DNA of 64,000 nt from an uncultured Verrucomicrobiae bacterium. GTDB lineage: Bacteria > Verrucomicrobiota > Verrucomicrobiia > Chthoniobacterales > JAFAMB01. Shown in pieces: positions 29,436 through 40,341 of this stretch (its first letter is position 1; every line of letters starts with the position of its first letter). A model generated the notes under the pieces. It had not been told where the DNA came from. It saw only the letters and a list, made by a program, of their open reading frames with translations, and did not search any database. Position numbers and translations under genes: made by a program. The DNA lies in the NCBI GenBank assembly GCA_963813025.1, contig CAWEXO010000001.1:1-64000 (forward strand). The letters run 5' to 3'.

Positions 29436-30368
29436 GTGGAACTGCCTGAAATCATGATACGCCTTATCGACTCTTTCCATCTTGGGAATCCAAAGATCAT
29501 CTGCGTAGCCCTGTTCGAAGCCTCCAATCATTCGCTTGTGATGATCGACTGCGGACCGGAGTCTGTGTTTACGCGGGTAGTCGAAGGTATGGCCGCGCAG
29601 AACCTTGATCCGGCCAGGGTAAAGCATCTTGTCCTGACTCACATCCATCTGGATCACGCCGGCGCGGCCTGGCGCTGGGTACGAGAGTTCGGCGCCAGTG
29701 TCTATGTGCATCCCCTGGGCGCGCCGCATCTGATTGATCCTTCCCGCCTGCTGACAAGCGCCCAGAAAATCTACGGCGATAAAATGGAGTATCTCTGGGG
29801 TAAGCTGGAGCCAATCCCGATTGAACGGCTTATTCCGGTTGACGACCAAACGGAGTTGAACTTCGCCGGGTTGACGCTCCAGGCCATCTACACTCCGGGC
29901 CACGCCCAGCATCATAACGCTTACTGGTTGCAGTCAGAGAAGACCGTTTTCACCGGCGATATCGCCGGGGTGACGATTGATCAAGGCCCGATGGTGCCTC
30001 CTTTACCGCCGCCGGACATTGATCTGGAAACCTGGCGGCATTCACTCAGCAAACTGCGCGACTGCCAACCCGAATCGATCCACGTTACGCATTTCGGACG
30101 GGTCGAAAACCCCTTGCCCCGCTTTGACGAGCTCGAACAGCGGCTCTCTTCCTGGGCCGGCTGGATGCGAGATCGGCTGCGTGAAGGCAAAACCGCTGAC
30201 CAGATTGTCCCGGAGTTTCAGCAGTTCACGCAGAGCGAATTGCAAGCGGCTGGTGCGACCCTGGCACAGTGCGAAAAATATGAGCAAGCCAACCCGGCCT
30301 TTATGAGCGTGGCTGGGCTCATCCGCTATTGGAACAAGCATCATCCGGAGGAACTTGGGGTGAGGTAA
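29436..30368 (+). CDS. MBL-fold metallo-hydrolase
   Basis: THIHLDHAG, TPGHAQHH, FTGD, THFG. Confidence 0.92.
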   Translation: MELPEIMIRLIDSFHLGNPKIICVALFEASNHSLVMIDCGPESVFTRVVEGMAAQNLDPARVKHLVLTHIHLDHAGAAWRWVREFGASVYVHPLGAPHLIDPSRLLTSAQKIYGDKMEYLWGKLEPIPIERLIPVDDQTELNFAGLTLQAIYTPGHAQHHNAYWLQSEKTVFTGDIAGVTIDQGPMVPPLPPPDIDLETWRHSLSKLRDCQPESIHVTHFGRVENPLPRFDELEQRLSSWAGWMRDRLREGKTADQIVPEFQQFTQSELQAAGATLAQCEKYEQANPAFMSVAGLIRYWNKHHPEELGVR

Positions 30369-30370
30369 TT

Positions 30371-30487
30371 GCCAGTGTGCTAGTGCTAGTGCCAGTGCCA
30401 GTGCTGGAGTGGGAGTCGGGAGTCAGGAGTCGGTCATTGGCAATTTGGCGATCGGCTATCGGCGATCGGTCACCGGTCACGGCTCGC
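30371..30487. repeat. composite short-repeat tract (hexamer AGTGCY, GGAGTC-type, GATCGGC-type)
   Basis: Three unit types abut in series; similar composites at 55808-55880 and 56449-56530. Confidence 0.7.
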
Positions 30488-31139
30488 GCATGGGCCCAGG
30501 AGGACACCCAACTCGACCGGGTTTCTCGGCAAGTGGGATTCCGGATCGATTGAGCTTAACCCGCACCGAGTCCTTATCATGATCGCCCGAGGAGCCATCG
30601 TCTCCGGTAAGCGCCATCATCATTGCGTACACGGCACTCCTTAACGCTTCCGCGACCATGTCGATGTTTTTCAGCTGGTCCGGAGTGGCAGCGAGTTCAA
30701 AATCCTTTCGCAAAGCTCGCACGCAAAGCGCTGCTCCAATTAGATTCGGAGCCACCGTATCGTGGAAAAGCTCGTACACGCGCTGCCGCTCTTTAAGGGT
30801 GGCGGCTACATTTGCGGCGCCGCTCTCGATCAGTTCCGGATCAAGCATTAAGACGTTGATTCCCCCCTTGTTAACGGCCAGACGGCCGTTAAGGACCTGA
30901 CCGGACGCGCCGAGAAAAGAGCACGCGGCTAAAGACTCGCTCGAGGTGCTCTTTTGAACCTGGATCATGTCACTCGATTTTCGAGCGGCCAGATCTTCCT
31001 CTCGAAAACCGGTTAATCGAAGAAAAGCGTCATTCCACGCGATGAAGCTGTCGGACTGACAATGTACAAAGGCGCTAGGCAACCCGAACCGGTCCAGGCT
31101 CGAACAGACTTGCCTCGCTTGATGCCGGGCTAAATCCAT
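30477..31139 (-). CDS. PAS-like plus HisKA_3-like protein lacking an ATPase domain
   Basis: AWNDAFLRLTGFREEDL (PAS-like) and ERQRVYELFHD (H-box-like). Confidence 0.5.
   Translation of the reverse strand: MDLARHQARQVCSSLDRFGLPSAFVHCQSDSFIAWNDAFLRLTGFREEDLAARKSSDMIQVQKSTSSESLAACSFLGASGQVLNGRLAVNKGGINVLMLDPELIESGAANVAATLKERQRVYELFHDTVAPNLIGAALCVRALRKDFELAATPDQLKNIDMVAEALRSAVYAMMMALTGDDGSSGDHDKDSVRVKLNRSGIPLAEKPGRVGCPPGPMREP
30488..30504 (-). repeat. short remnant of the tRNA-Ile2 3' end (old att)
   Basis: GCATGGGCCCAGGAGGA is identical to 31308-31324; 14 bp match the tRNA 3' end. Confidence 0.65.
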
Positions 31140-31310
31140 AGACCAACTCGTTTAGCAAGATTCATGGCACAATGGATCAACAAAGGCAATGCTGCGGACG
31201 TTCGCTCTCGAATTGCCAATAGTCCAATAGTTGCCTTCTCATTGGACGTGGAACTTCGATCTCAAGGCTCGATCCGAAGTCAGAACACGGGCTCGGTCAT
31301 CGACTGGGCA

Positions 31311-31352
31311 TGGGCCCAGGAGGATTCGAACCTCCGACCAAGGGATTATGAG
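31311..31352 (-). repeat. att site (duplicated 3' 42 bp of tRNA-Ile2)
   Basis: TGGGCCCAGGAGGATTCGAACCTCCGACCAAGGGATTATGAG is identical to 49829-49870 and ends exactly at the anticodon loop. Confidence 0.95.
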
Positions 31353-31526
31353 CTCTTTGATTACTTCTCCACGGTTTTCCAGCCTGTTGCAAAGCGCAAC
31401 TTCTCGAGAAGAAATTGATTCCAAGTGTTCCATGGTTTTCCATTGCGTAACATCCTTTTGGAATTTATATGTAGGAGCCGTGTAGGACCATGCGCCCGAG
31501 GATTGGAAAAAAATGGTCTGAGACAG

Positions 31527-32636
31527 ATGAAGAAAAAAACCGCTGCACACTATCAACGATCGAAGGTTTCCCAGCTCTACGTACACACCGCGCACGGAGT
31601 CTATTACGCCCGCGCGCGCAACGCCGAAGGTAAAGACACTTGGCGTACTCTGGAGACAACTTCTTTCGAAGTAGCCCGAACGCGATTGCCGGCCAAACTG
31701 GCCGAAATTCAAGCCGGCAGAACTGTGCGTCTTAATGATACACAACTGACGACCTTTCAGGATGCCGCCGAGATCTATCGGACTCGAGTTCGGGCGGCTA
31801 CGGGCGTCAAACCCAGCACGATTGACTATCGGCTCAAGACCGTTGCCGGGTTGGTCCGCAGTTGGCCGGAGCTCTTCGGTATGCCGGTGAGGCTTATCAC
31901 CGCCGATGCCTGCTTCGCTTGGGCTAGTCGATATCGTGACAAGGTTCACGGTACTCGCTTCAACAATACTGTCGATTCGCTGCGCGGTATCCTCGATGTC
32001 GCCAAAGAATACGACCTCATTAAAACGAATCCAGCCGAGCGAATCCAGAAGGCGAAAGTCACTCCAAAGAAACTCGCCTTACCATCCCGGGAGCAGTTTC
32101 ACGGCATCGTCACGGCAATTCGGAACACCGGTGCCTGGTGTGCTCACGATGCAGCCGATCTGGTAGAGTTCCTCGCTTACTCTGGATGTCGGATCACCGA
32201 AGCCGCCTACACAAGGTGGTCGGATGTCGATGGTGCGGCCAGGACGATCCGGATTCACGGTCATGAGGTAACAGGTACCAAGAACACGGAATCACGCTCG
32301 ATTCCGATTACACCGCCGATGCGCGATTTATTAGACCGGCTTTCCCGACGTGATCATGAACCGCGCAACTCAGAGCGCCACGGGCGAAACTTCATCGTGT
32401 ATGTCACCGAGTGCCGCAAAGCTTTGACGAACGCCTGTAAAACGGTGGGCGCCAAACGAATTACACACCATGACCTGCGTCACTTATTCGCTACCCGCTG
32501 CATCGAGGCCGGCGTTGATATTCCGACTATCGCTCGCTGGCTCGGCCATAAAGACGGCGGCGCATTGCTCATGAAAACCTACGGCCATCTTCGGGATGAA
32601 CACTCTCAATCGATGGCAGCCAAGGTCACTTTTTGA
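31527..32636 (+). CDS. tyrosine recombinase / phage integrase
   Basis: Catalytic set GCRITE (R), TKN (K), HDLRH, LGH, KTYGH (Y) intact. Confidence 0.95.
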   Translation: MKKKTAAHYQRSKVSQLYVHTAHGVYYARARNAEGKDTWRTLETTSFEVARTRLPAKLAEIQAGRTVRLNDTQLTTFQDAAEIYRTRVRAATGVKPSTIDYRLKTVAGLVRSWPELFGMPVRLITADACFAWASRYRDKVHGTRFNNTVDSLRGILDVAKEYDLIKTNPAERIQKAKVTPKKLALPSREQFHGIVTAIRNTGAWCAHDAADLVEFLAYSGCRITEAAYTRWSDVDGAARTIRIHGHEVTGTKNTESRSIPITPPMRDLLDRLSRRDHEPRNSERHGRNFIVYVTECRKALTNACKTVGAKRITHHDLRHLFATRCIEAGVDIPTIARWLGHKDGGALLMKTYGHLRDEHSQSMAAKVTF

Positions 32637-33483
32637 CTCTTCTGACGTGCTTTTTAAAATCTTCCTGCCAAGCAACGATCGCTTCGAAAGGATCGAACCG
32701 TTCCGGCCAGCTTACTCCTTCTTTGAGACAGCGTTCCTGTACTAGGTCGATAAATTCCAGGTTAGTCATTTCTTCGTCTTCCTTGGTTTCTTCAATCAAT
32801 TGCGCGGCAATAAGTCCACGTTCGTTCCATCCCAACATTTCGGCGTACGTCCGCTTGAGCTCGAGTGTGTCATTGTCCTCTTTCTGTTGCTTCGTCTGCC
32901 GTTTCTCGATTCGCTTGATTAATCGTTGATCGCTCCAGATTGCCTGAAGATCATCGAAAACCGTTTCAAGAGTCCCCTTGGGCCTGAAATCGTTTCGCGA
33001 CCATTGTCGTGTCTTTGGTTGAGAATAGATCAAAGCCGAGATCGCCAAATCAAAGAGCCGCACCCAATCAATCAATCTATCCTCCGGTTCTGGTAGCTTC
33101 CTGATGATATGCGAGATCTTAAGGTATTGATAAAGTAATGCGGCGCTGACCCCACGTTGTGCTTGCCGAGCGTAGGGTTCCAAATCCCCCCAGCGGCGTA
33201 ACCGATTCTGAATTTCCCGTCGGTTTTTTGCCGTCCATCGTCGTCCCTCACGGTTCCGTAATCCCGTTTCGAGATTGTTTTCCATAAGACATAGGGGATC
33301 GACATCGAAAGCGTCCCCGAGTCGTTCAGCCATGAGACGAGTGAGTTTCCGGCGACCAGTTTCGATTCTTTGAATGGTCTTGGGGTGAACATTGATTCTT
33401 TGGGCCACGTAATCCTGAGATGCCAGTGATCCCAGTTCATGCCGCAACCGGGCAAGGAGATGAAGGTTTTTTGAGGGCCGCAT
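32626..33483 (-). CDS. XRE-type HTH repressor-like protein
   Basis: SQDYVAQRINVHPKTIQRIETGRRKLT; divergent from the excisionase-like gene. Confidence 0.75.
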   Translation of the reverse strand: MRPSKNLHLLARLRHELGSLASQDYVAQRINVHPKTIQRIETGRRKLTRLMAERLGDAFDVDPLCLMENNLETGLRNREGRRWTAKNRREIQNRLRRWGDLEPYARQAQRGVSAALLYQYLKISHIIRKLPEPEDRLIDWVRLFDLAISALIYSQPKTRQWSRNDFRPKGTLETVFDDLQAIWSDQRLIKRIEKRQTKQQKEDNDTLELKRTYAEMLGWNERGLIAAQLIEETKEDEEMTNLEFIDLVQERCLKEGVSWPERFDPFEAIVAWQEDFKKHVRRVKK

Positions 33484-33528
33484 AAAACAATAAGGGATAC
33501 GAGGAGAAGTGTTGAGGGTTGGAACACC

Positions 33529-33840
33529 ATGGAACAAATAAGGAGCCAACATGGCTCCTTAGCGGCTGCTTTCACAAGTGGTTTTTGTTCTTTGATAAGT
33601 AAAATTGTGCAACCCGGAGAACAGTTCGATGACTTGGCGCTCAGCGTTCAAGAGGCCCGTTTTTGTTTTAAGCCGCCCGTAAGCGATCAGACCATTTACC
33701 GGATGATCTGGAACAAGAAGCTGAAGGTCCTCGATCAACCGGGCGTCATCAGAATCCCCTTATCCGAGCTGAAAAAGCATTTCGGCAAGGTCACGGTTTA
33801 CAAACCGCGTCGGAGAAAAGCAGTCGCCACAACCCCCTAA
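33529..33840 (+). CDS. excisionase-like HTH_17 protein
   Basis: LSVQEA...VSDQTIYRMIWNKKLKV...IRIPLSEL; start uncertain. Confidence 0.65.
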   Translation: MEQIRSQHGSLAAAFTSGFCSLISKIVQPGEQFDDLALSVQEARFCFKPPVSDQTIYRMIWNKKLKVLDQPGVIRIPLSELKKHFGKVTVYKPRRRKAVATTP

Positions 33841-34255
33841 AACGGAAAAGCGCCATTCGCTTTGGCAGTGACGGCGCTTTTCGCAAGAACACCTATGAAT
33901 GTCATTTCTCAGTGTCCCTTCTGTGCGGAAACTAACCGCAAACACCCCAAGACGCAACGACGATCCGACCTCCCGGAAATTCTTCGGTGCATCGCTTCGG
34001 AACTTCCCGCTGCCAGTTACGCCGAAATCAAAAACGAGTTATGAGCACGTTATTTCTCCCCTGGGACTCTCACCAACAGCTCTTCATTGCGGATCCGGGT
34101 CCCTGGATCCCGAAGGAAGTCACTAAAGGCGTATTCGCTTCTTGCCCGAACTGTCGGGCATTCCCTCAAACCAAATTCGGACACGAGGAACGCGGAACAA
34201 TCGCCTGCGGCTGTCACAACACAACCGCGGAGATTGTTGAACGGATATCTTTTTC

Positions 34256-35189
34256 ATGGACCTCAAAGAACTAATTAAGACCGGGCCGATTAGCCGCGCG
34301 CAACGGATTGTACTCTTTGGACCGAATGGAGATGGTAAGAGCACGCTCGCAGCTCAGTCCCCGGGTGCGCTTTTCCTCGATACCGAAGACGGTAGTACCC
34401 ACCTACCAGTTAACCGAATTGCGGTTGCCGACTATAACTCGCTCTGCAACACCCTCAAGCTCATCACGGAGACGGACTATCCATGTCGAACCGCAGTGCT
34501 CGACACGATCGATCGGGCCGAACTTTTCATGCGGCAGGAAGTCTGCAAAGATCTGCACATCAGCGGACTGGAAGCCAAGCCTTATGGGAAGGCTTTTCAA
34601 TTTTTGTTCGAAAAATTTGATGAGTTCCTCACTAAGCAGCTCGACCCCCTGATCGCGGCGGGAATCCACGTTCTAGTTGTCGGGCATTCGAACGTTCGCC
34701 GTGTTCAGTTCCCCGGGCTCGATGCATTCGATCGCTGGGAATTGAAACTTCATCAGAGTTGCGCTAACCGGCTCAAGGAATGGAGCGATGCCGTTTTATT
34801 CCTTAATTGGGAGCTGCACGTTGTCGAAAACGAGGGCAAACCAAAAAGGTGTCGATGGCAAGGAACGCGTTATCTACACGCGCCACAGCGCCAGTCATGA
34901 CGCCAAGGTCAGAATCGATCTGCCGGAGAAACTCCCCTGCACTTTCCGCGCGATCGAGCCGTTGCTTTGTGGCTGGCAACGCGAAGCGCAGAAACCGCCA
35001 CAAGTCCGGCTGGCTGAAGCACTCGCTGACATCAAAGAAGAACAGGTCCGGATCTTTCTGATCGATCGAAAACAGATCCAGGACGATCAAGAAATCCTCG
35101 ATGTGCCGCCAGAGTACGCCCGCGAAGCCTTAAGCCGGCTCCCGGAGTTTCGCAAGGCCGTCGAAACGTTCGACTTCATCCCTTACTAA
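34256..35189 (+). pseudogene. phage AAA_24 (Sak4-like) NTP-binding recombination protein, one frameshift near 34845
   Basis: LFGPNGDGKST, FLDTEDGS, LKEWSDAVLF, continuing as GKERVIYT.HSASHDAK in frame 34788..35189. Confidence 0.8.
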
Positions 35190-35190
35190 C

Positions 35191-35622
35191 ATGTTGACAA
35201 AGCGTTGCCGTCATTGCGGTCAGGAACTTGAGCTAACCACTTTTTACACTCATCCCAAAATGAAGGATGGGCACCTTCACGTGTGCAAAAAGTGCTGTAA
35301 TAGACGAGACCGTAATTACCGGCTGAATCCGATTAATCGAGAGCGTATTCGCGCCTATGCTCGGACACAAGCAACAGGCAAGCGCGGTCGTCAAGCAAGT
35401 CTCAGACTACAGAAACGCAACCCTCTTAGATACAAAGCAAGATACATCATAACAAACGCAATACGTGACGGCAAACTAGGCCGTCAACCATGTGACATTT
35501 GTGGTGAGGTTGCTCAAGCTCATCATGATGATAATTCAAAACCTCTTGAGGTAAGATGGCTCTGTTTCCGCCATCATCGCGAACTCGCTCACGGTCAAAT
35601 TGTCGGACCAATCCCTATGTAA
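35191..35622 (+). CDS. phage Zn-finger / HNH-like protein
   Basis: CRHC...CKKC and PCDICG...AHHDD.SKPLEVRWLC..HH. Confidence 0.7.
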   Translation: MLTKRCRHCGQELELTTFYTHPKMKDGHLHVCKKCCNRRDRNYRLNPINRERIRAYARTQATGKRGRQASLRLQKRNPLRYKARYIITNAIRDGKLGRQPCDICGEVAQAHHDDNSKPLEVRWLCFRHHRELAHGQIVGPIPM

Positions 35623-35637
35623 CCCGGGTTCGCTGTT

Positions 35638-36114
35638 ATGATCCCAGAACCGCCTGAATACGATTTCTTTCGCCTGATCCATCGTTTGATCGATCTGGCT
35701 TGCCCGTCTCCCAATGATCTGTGGAGCTCTCCGGAAAAGCTGGGAACGTTTTCGACGATCTGCACCGAGTTGCACGAGCTGGAAACTGTCGCCCGCGACA
35801 AAGCGCAGTTCCTTCTGCTCAACCGCGCAACTATCCCCGGGTGGACGATTGTCCATAAAGACGGGAATCACTACGTCCCGCAGAGTTACCTGCAGAGAAT
35901 AGTTTTTGATTGCCCGGTTCGGCAGTTAACTCCGCTTTTGGAAGCCTTGCCAAAACAGCTCGGAAACACCAGCGAAGCTAAATACCGCGCTTTGTGCTCT
36001 GCCGCGGGCTTGGAGCCTGATCCGGAAGCAATCCAGCAGACCGGTGCAACCGTTTTCCTCCGACAACATGCAGTTACCAATAAAGTCCAAACTAACCAAC
36101 ACGCAAAACACTGA
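35638..36114 (+). CDS. phage hypothetical protein (IPGW motif reminiscent of the DUF2800 C-terminus)
   Basis: 158-aa ORF within the early operon; family call weak. Confidence 0.45.
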   Translation: MIPEPPEYDFFRLIHRLIDLACPSPNDLWSSPEKLGTFSTICTELHELETVARDKAQFLLLNRATIPGWTIVHKDGNHYVPQSYLQRIVFDCPVRQLTPLLEALPKQLGNTSEAKYRALCSAAGLEPDPEAIQQTGATVFLRQHAVTNKVQTNQHAKH

Positions 36115-36129
36115 AAGGAAATAGCACCC

Positions 36130-36552
36130 ATGCCTGAGTATACTGAAGGCACCGAATCCCTGACATTTCCGGATGGCAACTACAACTTTGTAGTCGCCGA
36201 TGCCGGCGAAACAAAAGCCAAGACCAGCGGCGCGACGATGATCGAACTGCAGCCGGATTGTTTTGACAACGATCCCGCGCAAACTGCTCGAGTCGTTGAT
36301 CGTTTAATCTTTCTTCCTAACACTTATTGGAAGATCGATAGCTTCCGGCGTGCGACCGGAGAAAAGTTAACTCCGGGCAAATTAGCCAGTCTTGAAGCCG
36401 AAGATTGCGTTGATCGCCGTGGTCGTTGCACCCTGAAAAATACGACCTATGAAGGGCGGAACCGAAACGAAGTCGCTTTCTATTTAGAAGACCAAGCAGC
36501 CCCACCACCAGCCTCGCAAGGTGCTGTTCCTAAGTCTAATCAACCCTTCTAA
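36130..36552 (+). CDS. phage single-stranded DNA-binding-like protein (DUF669 type)
   Basis: GAAAGGA SD; FPDGNYNFVV...SGATMIEL...YEGRNRNEV and an SSB-like QPF C-terminus; downstream of the Sak4-like gene. Confidence 0.6.
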   Translation: MPEYTEGTESLTFPDGNYNFVVADAGETKAKTSGATMIELQPDCFDNDPAQTARVVDRLIFLPNTYWKIDSFRRATGEKLTPGKLASLEAEDCVDRRGRCTLKNTTYEGRNRNEVAFYLEDQAAPPPASQGAVPKSNQPF

Positions 36553-36563
36553 GGAAAATTCCT

Positions 36564-36954
36564 GTGCCGGTTAAACCGTTATCGTCGCTTCAGGCTAAAC
36601 TGATGCGGTTGATTCTGGATGCGGCAGCCAGGGATGGAGAGGCGCTTACTGCCCTCTCCAAGCTGCGCGGCTCACTCGCGCAAGACGGACCGGAACCGCA
36701 TGCGTTAGTTGATGCGCTGGAGGGTGCGGGTCTCGCCGAAAAAGAAGAAACGCCTTTGCCGCCGCAGCCAACCGCTCCTGAACTATGGTCTGTGCGTAAT
36801 TCCATTCGGCCGAGATAAAGGAACCTTGTTCATGGACGCGTCGCCTTACCAGCTGCGCCGAATCCGGGAGTGGTGCCTCCAAACACCGGAGAAGACGGCC
36901 AAGTTTTCCGGCCTGGTCGGTGATATCGAAAAATTTCTTAATCTCCAACCCTAA
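36564..36954 (+). pseudogene. phage hypothetical protein, frameshifted near 36780
   Basis: ORFs 36564..36818 and 36709..36954 join into one frame; IPFGRDKG motif. Confidence 0.45.
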
Positions 36955-36972
36955 AAAGGATCTGCGGCAGTT

Positions 36973-39305
36973 ATGCCCAGTTACACAACAACTGAAAACA
37001 AGGCTTGGGACGAGAGCGGTCTGCCAACAGCAACTCGCGATTACCTGGCCAATGGTGCTGCAGTCGGCACCCGCGACAACGCGCTGTTTGCGGCTGCCTG
37101 CCAGTTCAGAGACAGCGGCTACAGCCAAGCCGAAGCCGAAAGCCGGCTGATCGTGCGAGCCGTGGCTGATGGTTTAAGCGAATCGATGGCCAAACGAAAA
37201 ATCGCTTCCGCTTACAGCCAGGCCGCGCGGCCGGCAGCAGCAGCTGCCTTCTCGAACGGAACCGCACCTTCACCACCAACCTATGCAGCGTCGCCGAAAC
37301 CATCGCCTGTACCGAAAGCGGCCCCTGATCCGGCGCGTTTACCAAGTCCGATTGCTGACGGGTTTCGGGTATTGTTAGAAACAGCTTTCCAGAAAGGCGA
37401 ACGCGTCGGGATCGGTCGCGGCTCGATCAATAGCCAGGGCGAACTGGAGATCGACGGCGGCGACGTGCTATTGCGCGAGGTCTGGCTCAAGAAAGCTTTG
37501 CCGCAGAATCCCGACGGCCTCTTTATTCGGATCAATCCCTTGAAGTACCGCGGCAAAAGCAACGCCGATGTCGTCCGGTTTCGTCATACCTTGATCGAGT
37601 TCGATTGCGCCGAGAACGGACAACCTGTTCCCAAGGAAATTCAGTTGGCTGCACTTTTGAGCAGTGGACTGCCGATCGCAGCGATCATCTCAAGCGGTGG
37701 CCGCTCGTTGCATGGCTGGATCCGGATCGATGCTCCCGATAAAGCTGAGTACGATCGTCGGGTTGCGCTGGTCTATGATCATTTCGCCGGGTACGAGTTT
37801 TTCGATTCCGGCAACAAGGCGCCGAGCAAGTATTCCCGGGCGCCGGGAGTCGAACGCGCGCTCTATGACAAGACCGGCAACCGGGTCGGTCCGGCCGGCA
37901 AGAGCTTCTAGCCGTCAATGTCGGGTCGATGCCGTTCACGCAATGGGAGAAGACACAAGAACAATTGCAACCGCGAGAATTTTCCCAGGAAGAACAGGAA
38001 CAGCTGCGCGCGAAAGCACTGGAGTTCTATCGAACCCGGGACCGCCTGTTGCCCCTGCCGATGGCCGATGCCGCCTACCACGGCATTGCCGGTCAGGTCG
38101 TCGACATTATTGCCCAGGTCAGTGAACCTTCTCGGGAAAGTCTTCTGTCACAATTTCTGACCGCCTTCGGGTCGATCATGGGCCCGAGCCTCCACTGTAT
38201 TCAGGGCGGTCGCCATCATTTGAACGAGTTCGTTGTGCTGGTCGGTGAAACCGCTTTCGGCCGGAAAGGAACGGCTTGGAACGCGATCCGCAACCTGTTT
38301 ACCGGGATCGATCCGGTCTGGGTCAAAACCAGAATCGTGGACGGCATCCAGAGCGGCGAAGCCATCATTCACGAGATCCGTGATCCGCGCCAGAAACAGA
38401 CCCGAGGCGGGAAAATGGTTCATGATCCGGGTGTCAGCGACAAACGCCTGGCGATCGTTGAGCAGGAGTTCGGCCGGGTCCTGACCATCTGTGGCCGTGA
38501 AGGGAACACGCTCTCCGAGACACTGCGCAAATGCTGGGATTCGGAGCCGATTCTCCACGTCACCAACAAAAACGATCCGGAACAAGCTAGTGGTCCGCAT
38601 GTCAGCCTCATCGGGCATATCACGTTGAACGAACTACGCAAAAAACTGGATCAGATCGATTGCTCCAATGGTTTTGCCAACCGAATCATGTGGCTGGTGG
38701 TTAACCGAGCCAAGGTGATCGCTTGCCCGCCGCCGATCGATTGGCAGCGCCATCGGTCTATCGTAGAAAGGCTCCGAAACATTAAGGCTGCTTCCGGTGC
38801 ATCTGGCCGGAGCTTGACCTGGGCCAAGCAAGCGCTGCTTGAGTGGCACGATTACTACAACGCCAAGAAAGGAAGCAGCGGACAGGGCATGACGGGCCCG
38901 ATCATCGCCCGAAGCGCTCCCCATGTTCTCCGGCTGGCGATGCTCTATGCCGTTCTGGAGGGTACGACGGTGCTTGAATCCCAGCACTTGGAAGCTGCTC
39001 GCGCTTTCGTCGGCTACTGCGAGCGGTGCGCCCAGTGGATCTTCCAGGAACGGACCGGCAACAAGGTCGCCGATAAGATCATCTGGAACCTGGAACGCCG
39101 GCCGGAAGGAATGACTCGCACCGAAATCCGAGTCGAGCTCTTCGCCAAACATTGCAGTGAAACGACCCTCAACATGGCCTTGAGCGATCTGGTCAACGCC
39201 GATCTCATCGAGATCAGTTATGAACGCGGGCGGAACAACAAGATGGTTGAACACTGGAAGATGAAGGAAACAGAAGCCGAACCTCAAGGGTGCAAAAACG
39301 CTTAA
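36973..39305 (+). pseudogene. primase/replication protein (PriCT-like + primase-like + DUF3987), frameshift near 37895
   Basis: GTRDNALFAAACQFRD, LIEFD, SGGRSLHGW; GRQELLAVNVGS bridges into 37929..39305 (VGETAFGRKGT, QSGEAII, NGFANR). Confidence 0.7.
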
Positions 39306-39460
39306 GACGCAAGGAATGAATGCCAAACTAACAAATCCCCAATGACGCAACGACGTATGAGACGCAGAGACACTCTGCAAATGCACTCTAATAAATTACT
39401 TAACATACCTAAGATACATTGCACAGCTACTAAGCGCTCTTAGCGCTGTTGCGTCATTGG
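39300..39460. other. putative replication origin (iterons around an AT-rich core)
   Basis: GACGCA at 39306, 39345 and 39361; perfect 13-bp inverted repeat CCAATGACGCAAC (39339-39351 / 39448-39460). Confidence 0.5.
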
Positions 39461-39501
39461 AAACAAGTCTCTAAAACACAACAATAAAAGGTAACACAAT
39501 T

Positions 39502-40044
39502 ATGCCTAGCTATATCCAAAACAGTACAGCCAGCACTCCAGCAGTAGTGGTTGAGGGTGCGGTTGAACGCAAAGCTCCAAGTCAATTGGCCGCTGCGTCA
39601 AACGAACTCGGGTTTGTCCTGGATCGTTCCGATTCCATGGAGTCCATGGCCGATAGCGCTATTGCCGGATTCAACACGTTGCTCGGCGAACAGCAGCAGA
39701 CCAATCCGCAGACATCCTTCAGCCTGACGCTTTTTAATGATTCGGCTTCAAATCTCTATGATGCTCTGCCCGTCGCCGAGGTGCCGTTCCTGTCCCGTAC
39801 GCTCTACGAACCCTCCGGTGGTACCGCGCTCAATGACGCCATCGGTTCCATGATCCAGCAGATTGGTAAACGAGTGAAACGTTCGACTCGGGTTCTGATC
39901 GCTATCCTGACTGATGGTTTTGAGAATTCCAGCCGATCGTTTTCCCGTGACGATATCCTGCACATGGTGACTTACCGGCGGACGACCTACAATTGGAAGT
40001 TTATTTTTTATCTTTATCCACCGTGTTTAAACAGTCTGCACTAA
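39502..40044 (+). pseudogene. vWA-domain protein, probably 3'-truncated
   Basis: MIDAS VLDRSDSM, GGTALNDAIG, ILTDGFENSS; the sequence degenerates right after WKFIF. Confidence 0.7.
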
Positions 40045-40341
40045 CACCAACGTTAAAGCCACACAGGCGTCTGCCGCCACCTAGCTCAAGCGCTAATTCC
40101 TAGACCAGCGATGTCTGCGGACACAGGTGTGAGAGGGAAAAGGTAGTCGAGGAATATTCGCGAGAATCATGCAGTACGAGTCACGCATTTCTGCCATTCC
40201 ACACGATAGAAAAGAAACCCTGCCGCAATGTACGCGGCTTCGATATCCTTGGTCGGTTCCGGTTTCCTCCCGAATTGCTCATCGAGGAAGGAAAACTACC
40301 AGCATACGTGATAGATTGTAGGGTCGTAGAAGGTAGCTGGA

